Source: Candidatus Binatia bacterium (GTDB taxonomy: Bacteria; Desulfobacterota; Binatia; UBA9968; JAJDTQ01). From it: a DNA stretch of 64,000 nt. Under the pieces are notes generated by a model. It was given only the letters and a program-made list of their open reading frames with translations, was not told the DNA's origin and did no database searches. The stretch lies in contig OY762897.2 of the NCBI GenBank assembly GCA_963666515.2, positions 3,296,001 through 3,360,000 on the forward strand, read 5' to 3'. Made by a program: the position numbers and the translations under genes. Shown here piece by piece: positions 15,096 through 23,317 of the stretch (within the stretch, counting starts at the first letter, position 1; every line of letters starts with the position of its first letter).

Positions 15096-16478
15096 CTAGA
15101 ACTTGTATTCGATGACGAAAGTGAAGACGTTGAAAGAGTCCTTGCCGTCTTCGGTTATCACGTCCTTGAAGTTCTGGCCGGGGCAGGCGCCCTCACAACC
15201 GAAGGTATCCCACACACCGTGGATCTGCATCCAACCGCCGGGAACGTTGTAGACAACCGCCACTCCGGTGTTGGTCACGTCGGAGCTGTCGCCCGCATAT
15301 TCGACCTCGGCCGCGCTGTAGAGCGGAGCTATGTAGACACCGCCTTCACCCTTGCTTCCACCCATAATGCCGCTCTTGGGCCCCCACAGCCATACCCGTG
15401 CCGCAAGCCGAATGTCCGAAGCTTCGACATCGACGCCGCCGCCCGGATCCCTCTCATAGGTAGCGTAATTGGCGGAGAGCGACAGCCAGTTCAACGGGGA
15501 CCACCCCAAGCCGTGGGACATATACGTGATGTCATAGTTAGTGCCCGCCGTCCCCTCGATATCGATCAAGGTCGCCCTTTTCGCCAAGTTGGGGGTACGG
15601 GCTCTCACACGGACCGCATCATCAAAGGTCTTGCCATCGGAATGAGCCAATTGATCGGTATAGGCTGTGTAACCCACGCTGTACGAAAGGCTCGATACGG
15701 CGAGGCCGCCCATTTCCTTGGCATTTGCGAGAGGCTTCAGACCCAGCGCGAAACTTACGCTATTGCCGCTCTCTCCGGCCTCTGCTGCTTCGTTCTTACC
15801 GTCCTGGCCCCACGCCAGTTGCAGGTGACTGATCTTGGAAATACCCATACCGGGCAACTTCTTCCAGGACAGCACGAAACTTCCGTCTTGCTGTCCGCCG
15901 ATTCCCAAGCCATCCAGAAGCGGGCTGTCTTCCGTACGGAAAGCGCCTGCCTGCGTATTGCCACTAAAGGACGGACTGTAGCCCCAGCCGAAGCTCGGGA
16001 GCCACGGGCTCATCTTGTCGAAATTGATGTATCCGTCGCCACCGAAGCTGGTGCCAGTGCCACCCTCGTTGAGAAGCCAAGTGACCGCGTAGAACCCCTG
16101 CTGGGACGTGACGTTGATCGTCGGCCGAAAACGCCGCACGCGAAGCTCCAGGTTCTGGTAGCCCTTCTCTTTATTCTCGTTGCTCAGCCATACGCTGTGG
16201 TAGACCTGCAGCCTCTGCGTGAAACGGATGCTCCAGTTGTTGTCCGCCGCGGCGATCGTCAGACCACCACCCGGCTTATACTTGAACGACGGCCCCTTCA
16301 TCTCGGCGGCCAGTGCACTCTCCTGGTTCTGCTTCAGTTGCGCCAGTTCCCGTTCCAGGGCCTGGATCCGCGTGTCCACGTCAGACGCCTGGACCGGCGA
16401 TGCCGCCAGCGCGAGGGCTCCCGTCAAGACCACGGCGCTTGCGAGACCGAGCGCCCTTTTCAGAAACACCATATTCAT
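15096..16478 (-). CDS. Outer-membrane beta-barrel/porin-like protein, allele A (460 aa)
   Basis: AAGGAGGAGG RBS, signal peptide ending VQA, N-terminal coiled coil, ELRVRRFR motif reminiscent of OprO/OprP-type porins, C-terminal beta-signal FVIEYKF. Confidence 0.8.
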   Translation of the reverse strand: MNMVFLKRALGLASAVVLTGALALAASPVQASDVDTRIQALERELAQLKQNQESALAAEMKGPSFKYKPGGGLTIAAADNNWSIRFTQRLQVYHSVWLSNENKEKGYQNLELRVRRFRPTINVTSQQGFYAVTWLLNEGGTGTSFGGDGYINFDKMSPWLPSFGWGYSPSFSGNTQAGAFRTEDSPLLDGLGIGGQQDGSFVLSWKKLPGMGISKISHLQLAWGQDGKNEAAEAGESGNSVSFALGLKPLANAKEMGGLAVSSLSYSVGYTAYTDQLAHSDGKTFDDAVRVRARTPNLAKRATLIDIEGTAGTNYDITYMSHGLGWSPLNWLSLSANYATYERDPGGGVDVEASDIRLAARVWLWGPKSGIMGGSKGEGGVYIAPLYSAAEVEYAGDSSDVTNTGVAVVYNVPGGWMQIHGVWDTFGCEGACPGQNFKDVITEDGKDSFNVFTFVIEYKF

Positions 16479-16505
16479 GACCTCCTCCTTGGTAATCAGA
16501 GTTAT
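16042..16505 (-). repeat. Left arm of perfect 464-bp inverted repeat (RBS plus 5' end of porin A)
   Basis: Line-by-line comparison shows exact reverse complement of 16735-17198. Confidence 0.92.
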
Positions 16506-16558
16506 TGCAAACAGCGAATCTGCTTTACGCTTTCTACGTTTTTGGCGGTTTCTGTGCA

Positions 16559-16656
16559 ATTGTACATAAGTATGCTTTTCTATCAACGAAAGGGGGCATA
16601 CGTTAACTAAGTAGTACTTGAGTATTAAATCTTGGGGCGAATCTGAGAGTTGTCAA
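16559..16656 (-). promoter_or_regulatory. Candidate sigma70 promoters in the inter-porin spacer, both facing porin A
   Basis: Minus strand TTGATA(16586-16581)-16 nt-TACAAT(16564-16559) and TTGACA(16656-16651)-17 nt-AAGATT(16633-16628). Confidence 0.55.
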
Positions 16657-16734
16657 CAACGACATGAGCCCACAACCCCCACATCTTCCCTGACCCTTCT
16701 CCGCCTGGGCACCACACGAGACCCGAAGAACGCC

Positions 16735-17198
16735 ATAACTCTGATTACCAAGGAGGAGGTCATGAATATGGTGTTTCTGAAAAGGGCGCTCGGTCTCGCA
16801 AGCGCCGTGGTCTTGACGGGAGCCCTCGCGCTGGCGGCATCGCCGGTCCAGGCGTCTGACGTGGACACGCGGATCCAGGCCCTGGAACGGGAACTGGCGC
16901 AACTGAAGCAGAACCAGGAGAGTGCACTGGCCGCCGAGATGAAGGGGCCGTCGTTCAAGTATAAGCCGGGTGGTGGTCTGACGATCGCCGCGGCGGACAA
17001 CAACTGGAGCATCCGTTTCACGCAGAGGCTGCAGGTCTACCACAGCGTATGGCTGAGCAACGAGAATAAAGAGAAGGGCTACCAGAACCTGGAGCTTCGC
17101 GTGCGGCGTTTTCGGCCGACGATCAACGTCACGTCCCAGCAGGGGTTCTACGCGGTCACTTGGCTTCTCAACGAGGGTGGCACTGGCACCAGCTTCGG
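16735..17198 (+). repeat. Right arm of perfect 464-bp inverted repeat (RBS plus 5' end of porin B)
   Basis: Begins ATAACTCTGATTACCAAGGAGGAGGTCATG; identical to reverse complement of 16042-16505; first mismatch at 17199. Confidence 0.92.
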
Positions 17199-18099
17199 CG
17201 GCGACGGATACATCAACTTCGACAAGTTGAACCCGTGGCTCCCGAGCTTCGGTTGGGGCGCCAGTCCGAGCTTGGACGTTGATACGCAGGCAGGCGCTTT
17301 CCGTACTGAAGACAGCCCGCTTACGAGTGCCTTGGGCATGGGCGGAGGGCAAGACGGGAGTTTCGTGCTATCCTGGAAGAAGTTGCCGGGTATGGGTATT
17401 TCCAAGATCACCCACCTGCAAGTGGCGGTGGGCCAGGACAATCAGGAAGAATGGAAAGCGGGAGACGACGGCAATAACGTAGGTTTCGCGCTGGGTCTGG
17501 AGCCTCTCGCAAATGCCAAGGAAATGGGCGGCTTCGCCGTATCGAGCCTTTCGTACAGCTTCGGTTACCAGGCCCATACCGACACGTTGTCCTCTGTGGA
17601 AGTCGTAGCCCCCAACTTGGCGCACAAGCCGATGTTGATCAATATCGACGAGGTGAACGCCGACACCACGTATATGTCCCACGGCTTGGGGTGGTCCCCG
17701 TTGAACTGGCTGTCGCTCTCCGCCAATTACGCTACCTATGAGAGGGATCCGGGCGGCGGCGTCGATGTCGAAGCTTCGGACATTCGGCTTGCGGCACAGG
17801 TATGGCTGTGGGGGCCCACGAGCGGCATTATGGGTGGAAGCAAGTCTGAAGGCGGTATCTCCATAGCTCCGCTCTACAACGTGGCCGATATCGACTTTGA
17901 CGGCGGAAACTCCGAGGTAACCAACACCGGAGTGGCGGTCGTCTACAACGTTCCCGGCGGTTGGATGCAGATCCACGGTGTGTGGGATACCTTCGGTTGT
18001 GAGGGCGCCTGCCCCGGCCAGAAATTCAAGGACGTCATAACCGAAGACGGCAAGGACTCTTTCAACGTCTTCACTTTCGTCATCGAATACAAGTTCTAG
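16762..18099 (+). CDS. Outer-membrane beta-barrel/porin-like protein, allele B (445 aa)
   Basis: Same RBS; first 155 aa identical to allele A; divergent internal segments; same C-terminal FVIEYKF. Confidence 0.8.
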   Translation: MNMVFLKRALGLASAVVLTGALALAASPVQASDVDTRIQALERELAQLKQNQESALAAEMKGPSFKYKPGGGLTIAAADNNWSIRFTQRLQVYHSVWLSNENKEKGYQNLELRVRRFRPTINVTSQQGFYAVTWLLNEGGTGTSFGGDGYINFDKLNPWLPSFGWGASPSLDVDTQAGAFRTEDSPLTSALGMGGGQDGSFVLSWKKLPGMGISKITHLQVAVGQDNQEEWKAGDDGNNVGFALGLEPLANAKEMGGFAVSSLSYSFGYQAHTDTLSSVEVVAPNLAHKPMLINIDEVNADTTYMSHGLGWSPLNWLSLSANYATYERDPGGGVDVEASDIRLAAQVWLWGPTSGIMGGSKSEGGISIAPLYNVADIDFDGGNSEVTNTGVAVVYNVPGGWMQIHGVWDTFGCEGACPGQKFKDVITEDGKDSFNVFTFVIEYKF

Positions 18100-18117
18100 C
18101 AGTTTATCCCGCACCGC

Positions 18118-18160
18118 AAAAAAAGGGGGCCGTTCCACCTTCGGAACGGCCCCTTTTTTG
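18118..18160 (+). terminator. Rho-independent (possibly bidirectional) terminator of right porin copy
   Basis: AAAAAAAGGGGGCCGTTCC-ACCTTC-GGAACGGCCCCTTTTTTG. Confidence 0.88.
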
Positions 18161-18315
18161 GTGCCGGTCCGACCGTTTGTTCAACAATATTTGTTTTGTC
18201 AAACTCCCTCCCGAACACGACTCCTCGCGTTGAGAGCAATCCCCCCGCACCGTTTTCCCCAAGGCGCACCCTCCCGGAATGCAGGGAATGTGTCGGTATC
18301 CAATGAGCTTCCACA

Positions 18316-19272
18316 ATGACTACCGAATCCGACATTCACAACCTCGTCCTGTCATCGGCGGTTGCGCCCAACACGCGACTGGCCTACCGCAAGGGCTGGA
18401 ACTGCTTCACCGCGTATTGCGCGAAGGAACGGATCGCCGACCCGCTATCCGCCTCTCCGGAGACGGTCGCCCGCTTTCTTCTGGACTGCGCCACGCGGCC
18501 CCGTTCGGAACGAGGCACACCGTTGTCCATGGGAACGGTCTTCCTCTACAGCAGTGCCATTGCCAAACGATTCACCGACGCCGGAAGGACCGCACCCACC
18601 CATCACCCCACCGTCCGGGCGACGCTCAAGGGTCTAAGCCGTCTGAGGGGCACGGCCCCGCGGCGGGTCAAGGCATTGCGCGAGGGGCACGTGAGGGCGA
18701 TGATCGCCCAGTGTCCGAACTCGGTGATCGGGACGCGCGACGCCGCGGTCCTCGCGCTCGGTTTCGCCGCCGCCCTGCGCCGGTCCGAGATCTGTGCGCT
18801 GCACGTCGACGACGTGACCATCCTGTCGCCGCCTCAGGAACACCCCCGGCGGATGTTGCTCAGCATCCGCCGATCCAAGACCGATCCAAACGGCAAGGGT
18901 CAACCGATCGCCGTCCCGGAAGGCAAGACGGTCAAGCCCATCGACTGGGTGCAGGCGTGGCTGGCGGTATCGGGCATCACGCACGGACCGCTGTTCCGGA
19001 CCATGAAACGGGGCGGGGCGGTGCAGGAGAGACCGCTGCATCATTCCGATGTCCCGCGCCTGGTCAAGCGCTACGCAGCATTGATCGGGCTGGACCCGAA
19101 AGAGTTGTCCGGGCATTCCCTGCGGGCGGGCTTCGTCACCAGCGCCGCGGCGCACCATGCCCGGCTCGACAAGATCATGGCGGTCACCCGCCATACCAAC
19201 CCAGCCACGGTCATGGAATACATCCGTGACGCCGATGCGTTCTGCGATCACGCGGGTAGCGCATTTCTGTAA
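18316..19272 (+). CDS. Tyrosine site-specific recombinase (Cre-like phage integrase family)
   Basis: N-terminal core-binding region (APNTRLAYRKGWNCF) and full catalytic set: ALRRSE (R), RSKTD (K), GHSLRAG (HxxR), TRH (H), MEYIRD (Y). Confidence 0.92.
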   Translation: MTTESDIHNLVLSSAVAPNTRLAYRKGWNCFTAYCAKERIADPLSASPETVARFLLDCATRPRSERGTPLSMGTVFLYSSAIAKRFTDAGRTAPTHHPTVRATLKGLSRLRGTAPRRVKALREGHVRAMIAQCPNSVIGTRDAAVLALGFAAALRRSEICALHVDDVTILSPPQEHPRRMLLSIRRSKTDPNGKGQPIAVPEGKTVKPIDWVQAWLAVSGITHGPLFRTMKRGGAVQERPLHHSDVPRLVKRYAALIGLDPKELSGHSLRAGFVTSAAAHHARLDKIMAVTRHTNPATVMEYIRDADAFCDHAGSAFL

Positions 19273-19277
19273 TGTGC

Positions 19278-19328
19278 GTCCTTCGACTTCGCCTGTCCTG
19301 AGCCTGTCGAAGGGCTCAGGACGAGCGG
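19278..19328. repeat. Palindromic interspersed repeat (cttcgac...gctcaggacgagcgg family)
   Basis: Nested palindrome gtcctgagcc...ggctcaggac; related gctcaggacgaacgg copy near 24913-24927. Confidence 0.6.
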
Positions 19329-19371
19329 GTTGGTTGACATCGGGGCTGCCGGGAAGAAATAGTGTCACTTC

Positions 19372-20091
19372 ATGGCCGAGCCCATCAGGATAGTGCTGGC
19401 GGATGATCACGCCCTGTTTCGGGAGGGCTTGAAGGGCCTCCTGGCGCGGGAACGCGACCTGCTGGTGACCGCGGAGGCGGCGCGGGCGGAGGAGGTGGAA
19501 CCCGCGGTGGTGAAGGGCAACGGCGACGTGCTGCTGCTGGACCTCCGGATGCCGGGAGGGGAAGCGGTCCAGACGCTCCTGCAACTCAGGGAAAGCCGTC
19601 CGGAGACCCGGACGATGATCCTCACCGCGTACGAGGACGCGGACAGCATCGTCAACACGGCCAAGGCCGGCGCCCGCGGCTACCTCTTGAAGGACGTGGC
19701 CGCGGAGACGCTGTTCCAGGCGGTGCGCAACGTCCACGGCGGCGGCGTGTGGATCGACCGGAACCTGCCCCGGGCCGGCGATTTCGCCGCCATTGCCGCC
19801 CAGTCCAACGCCGATCCGCCGGGGGACGAGGCGGACGGGATACAGAGCCTGACCCGCCGCGAGATGGAGGTCCTGAAGCTCCTGGCCGAGGGGCTCAGCA
19901 ACGACGAGATCGCCGCCAGCACGTTCATCAGCGAGCGCACGGTCAAGGCCCACGTCACCAGCATCTTTTCCAAGCTCAAGGTCAACAACCGCGTCAAGGC
20001 CGCTCTGGCGCTCATCCGGAGAGGCCCGGCGCCACCTTCTCCCGTTGCCGCCCCCGCGCCTCGACGATCCCGCGCAACAGCGAAGCCATGA
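19372..20091 (+). CDS. NarL/LuxR-family response regulator (orphan in this window)
   Basis: LADDHALFREG, LLDLRMP receiver, LTRREMEVL...SERTVKAHV HTH. Confidence 0.92.
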   Translation: MAEPIRIVLADDHALFREGLKGLLARERDLLVTAEAARAEEVEPAVVKGNGDVLLLDLRMPGGEAVQTLLQLRESRPETRTMILTAYEDADSIVNTAKAGARGYLLKDVAAETLFQAVRNVHGGGVWIDRNLPRAGDFAAIAAQSNADPPGDEADGIQSLTRREMEVLKLLAEGLSNDEIAASTFISERTVKAHVTSIFSKLKVNNRVKAALALIRRGPAPPSPVAAPAPRRSRATAKP

Positions 20092-21368
20092 TGCCGACCC
20101 ACCGCCGCACCGTCCTCGCCTGGTGCCTCTACGACTTCGCCAATTCGGCCTTCACCACCCTGGTGGTCACGTTCATCTACTCGGCGTTCTTCACCAAGGT
20201 CATCGCCCCGGACGAGATGACGGGCACGTGGCTGTGGTCCCGGAGCGTCAGCATCACCGCCATCGCTGTGGCCCTGCTGTCGCCGCTTCTCGGCGCCCTG
20301 GCCGACCGGGGCGGCTACCGCAAGCGCTTCCTGGGGTTCTTCACCCTGGTCGCGGTAGCCGGGTCGGCCGTCCTCTACACGGCCGCGCCAGGGGAAGTGG
20401 TCAAGGCGCTGCTCTGGTTCACGGCAGCCAACATCGCCTTCGAGATGTGCGGCGTGTTCTACAACGCTTTTCTGCCGGACGTGGCGCCGCCGGACCGGAT
20501 CGGGCGCGTCTCGGGTTACGGCTGGGCCCTGGGCTACGTCGGCGGCCTGTCCGCCCTGGGGCTGGCCCTGGTGGGGTTCGTCGACGCCGAGGTCCCGTGG
20601 TTCGGCTTCGAGAAGGAGGGCTACCAGCACATCCGCGCCACCAACCTGCTGGTGGCAGGCTGGTTCGCCGTCTTCAGCCTGCCACTGTTCCTGTGGGTGC
20701 CGGAAAGCGCGGCCCGACCCGGCGTCTCCGGCTCGCTTCTGTCCGACCCCTTCCGGCGCTTGGCCCGCACCATCCGTGAGATCCGGCGCTATCCCGACAT
20801 CTTCCGCCTGTTGCTCGCCCGCCTCTTCTACGCCGACGGCCTCAACACGGTCTTCGCCTTCGGCGGGATCTACGCGGCCGGCACCTTCGGCTTCACCTTC
20901 GAGGAACTGCTGGTCTTCGGCCTGGTGCTCAACGTGGCCGCGGGCATCGGCGCCTTCGCCCTGGGGTTCGTGGACGACTGGCTGGGCGGCAAGCGCACCG
21001 TACAGATCAGCCTGCTGGGCTTCATCGCCGCCACCCTGACCGCGGTGCTCACCGGCCGGCGCGCTCTCTTCTGGACCGCCGGCATCCTCAGCGGCATCTG
21101 CGCCGGGCCCAACCAGGCGGCGAGCCGCTCGCTCATGGGCCGTTTCGTGCCCGCGCACAAGCAGAACGAGTTCTACGGCCTGTTCGCCTTCTCCGGCAGG
21201 GCCACGGCCTTTCTGGGCCCCTTTCTGCTGGGCGAGTTGACGCGCCTGTTCGGCTCGCAACGCGCCGGCATGACGGTGGTGCTGGTCTTCTTCGTCATCG
21301 GCCTCGCGCTGTTGCAGCGGGTGGACGAGGAGCGCGGAAAGCAGCCCGAGAACGGGACAGGAGATTAG
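20088..21368 (+). CDS. MFS transporter, UMF1/Atg22-like family
   Basis: AWCLYDFANSAF, YNAFLPD, GRVSGYGWALGYVGG, QAASRSL; ATGA overlap with response regulator. Confidence 0.88.
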   Translation: MMPTHRRTVLAWCLYDFANSAFTTLVVTFIYSAFFTKVIAPDEMTGTWLWSRSVSITAIAVALLSPLLGALADRGGYRKRFLGFFTLVAVAGSAVLYTAAPGEVVKALLWFTAANIAFEMCGVFYNAFLPDVAPPDRIGRVSGYGWALGYVGGLSALGLALVGFVDAEVPWFGFEKEGYQHIRATNLLVAGWFAVFSLPLFLWVPESAARPGVSGSLLSDPFRRLARTIREIRRYPDIFRLLLARLFYADGLNTVFAFGGIYAAGTFGFTFEELLVFGLVLNVAAGIGAFALGFVDDWLGGKRTVQISLLGFIAATLTAVLTGRRALFWTAGILSGICAGPNQAASRSLMGRFVPAHKQNEFYGLFAFSGRATAFLGPFLLGELTRLFGSQRAGMTVVLVFFVIGLALLQRVDEERGKQPENGTGD

Positions 21369-22099
21369 TGCTCACGCAGGAGCCTGCCGTAGCCCTCGAT
21401 ACGGTCCTGGATGCCCAGCGTGCGTAGCGCCCACCACAGGATGGCCTGGCTTCCCTGGACGACGTTGACGTCCAGTTCCTGCTCCAGCGTTTCGATGACG
21501 GCTCCGGTGGCCCAGTGGGGGGAGCCCAGGTGGATGGTGTCGATCTCCGGGTGTTCCTGCTTGAGCTCCCGGGCGAGTTGCAGGGGCACCTCGGAAGGAA
21601 TGGCGCCGACCTCGATGAACGGCACGCCGGCGAACTTCTGGCCCACCAGCGCGGTCTTGTCCGGGTCGGTGAAGCGCTCGTTGGGCAGGTGCTCGGAGCT
21701 TCCCGGCGCCGAGGCGTAGGTGACCGAGCCCACCACGCGCGCGCCCAGCGCGGCGTCGGCCTGGTGGTACGCGGTGGTGCTGTTGGTGACCGGGATGCCG
21801 AACTCCTGCTGCAGGTCCCGCATGGTGTCGTGGGCCCGTTGCGAGCCCCCGGAATAGACCACGGGTCCGCCGCCGAAGACGATGATGTCGACCTTGGCGC
21901 GGGCCATCTCCCGGACCGCGCGCACGGCGTGGTTCCAGCTTTCCTGGGCCTCCCCGGATTCGGCCGAGTGCCGGGCCACCATCAGGGTGGTCAGCGCCAG
22001 GGTGACGCCGGGCGGCGCCATCTTGTAGAACTCGCAGGGAAAGACTTCGGTGACGATGGGCGGGGAGGTGTAGCCGATGCGCGCGCGATGGCCGTACAT
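21365..22099 (-). CDS. Asp/Glu racemase superfamily protein (maleate isomerase/arylmalonate decarboxylase-like)
   Basis: YGHRARIGYTSP, EFYKMAPPGV, LEQELDVNVV..SQAILWWALR...GYGRLL. Confidence 0.75.
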   Translation of the reverse strand: MYGHRARIGYTSPPIVTEVFPCEFYKMAPPGVTLALTTLMVARHSAESGEAQESWNHAVRAVREMARAKVDIIVFGGGPVVYSGGSQRAHDTMRDLQQEFGIPVTNSTTAYHQADAALGARVVGSVTYASAPGSSEHLPNERFTDPDKTALVGQKFAGVPFIEVGAIPSEVPLQLARELKQEHPEIDTIHLGSPHWATGAVIETLEQELDVNVVQGSQAILWWALRTLGIQDRIEGYGRLLREH

Positions 22100-22188
22100 G
22101 TCTTACCTCCGCTCCTGGGCTGCGGACGGAAAGTCGGGGGTCCCGGCGCCGCGCGGGCGCCGAAACCCTCGACGGATTCAGTGCGGGG

Positions 22189-23181
22189 TTACAGACCCGC
22201 CTTGACCTTCTCGGCCACGTCCGCGGGCACCCACTTCGACCACACCGCCTCGTTGTTCTTCAGGAAGTGCTCAGCGGTCTCACGGGCGTCGGCCTTCTTG
22301 TCGGACTTCCACGCCAGCAGCTTGTTCAACACGCTGTTGGCCCAGGACACGCCTGACACGAACTTGAACGCCTCCGGCTCTCTTTCCGGGAAGTTGCCCA
22401 CCACGTAGGTCAGCACCGCGGACTTCGGGTACATGTTCGGCTTCGGATCGGCGCAGTCCTTGTCGGTGATGCACGCGTAGGTCGCAGGGTCGTGCTTCAT
22501 GCCGCCGAGCTTCACCATCGGGTACTTGCCGAGCACCGAGGTGGGCGCCCAGTAGTAGGTGAAGATGGGTTGCTTCCGCTCGTACGCTTTGGCGATGGCC
22601 GCGGCCAGGCCTGCCCCGGACCCCGGATCGAACAGCGTGAAATTGGCCTTGTCGAGCCCGTACGCCTTGAACAGGTTCTTGTTGATGATCTGGCAGGCCC
22701 AGCCCGAGGGACAGCCGTAGAAGCGGCCCTTGCCGGGCTCTTCCTTGTCCTCGAACAGGTCCGGGCGCTTCATCACCGCCTGCAGCGTGGTGAGATCGGG
22801 GTTTTCCTTGACCACGTAGTCGGGCACCCACCAAGCCTCCTCGCCGCCGTCGCTCAGGATCTCCCCGGCCTTTTTCAGCCGTCCCTCCTTCTCCGCCTTG
22901 GTCACCACCTCCTTCACCGAGTTGAACCAGATCTCCGGGGCGATGTCGGGTTCGCCCTTCTCGGTCATCGACGTCACCGTGGGCACGGTGTCGCCCGGCA
23001 CCAGCTCGGCGTCACATCCGTAACCCTTCTTGAGGATGATGGCCTCGACGTGGGCCGCCACCGCGGCCGAGTCCCAGTTCATCTCGGAGATGGTGACCTT
23101 GCCGCACTTGGCCTGGGCCGACGCGCCCAGAGCCAGCACCAGAAACGCGCCTGCCAGCAAGCCCGCTATTCGCAACTTCAT
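22189..23181 (-). CDS. Glycine betaine/proline ABC substrate-binding protein (orphan in this window)
   Basis: Signal peptide, CGKVTISEMNWDS, FYGCPSGWAC, YYWAP, WSKWVP. Confidence 0.88.
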   Translation of the reverse strand: MKLRIAGLLAGAFLVLALGASAQAKCGKVTISEMNWDSAAVAAHVEAIILKKGYGCDAELVPGDTVPTVTSMTEKGEPDIAPEIWFNSVKEVVTKAEKEGRLKKAGEILSDGGEEAWWVPDYVVKENPDLTTLQAVMKRPDLFEDKEEPGKGRFYGCPSGWACQIINKNLFKAYGLDKANFTLFDPGSGAGLAAAIAKAYERKQPIFTYYWAPTSVLGKYPMVKLGGMKHDPATYACITDKDCADPKPNMYPKSAVLTYVVGNFPEREPEAFKFVSGVSWANSVLNKLLAWKSDKKADARETAEHFLKNNEAVWSKWVPADVAEKVKAGL

Positions 23182-23317
23182 GTCATGCCTCCTTTTCTCT
23201 CTCCGTCCACGCGGTTCCCGATGGCCCCGGCGCGGACTCCAACCGCCCCCTTGTTTCAGTGCAGGGGATCCATTTATGCGGGGGATTATCTCCCAAGCGG
23301 ACGGGAGTGGCAACCCC

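Noticed and set aside
16479-16761. N-terminal extensions of both porin ORFs into the spacer (ORF-track starts 16586 and 16618)
   Set aside because: A strong AAGGAGGAGG RBS sits directly before MNMVFLK in both copies, and the extensions are unrelated to each other and would precede the signal peptide.
15096-18099. Diversity-generating retroelement template/variable repeat pair
   Set aside because: No reverse transcriptase is present, and differences between copies include indels and are not adenine-specific.
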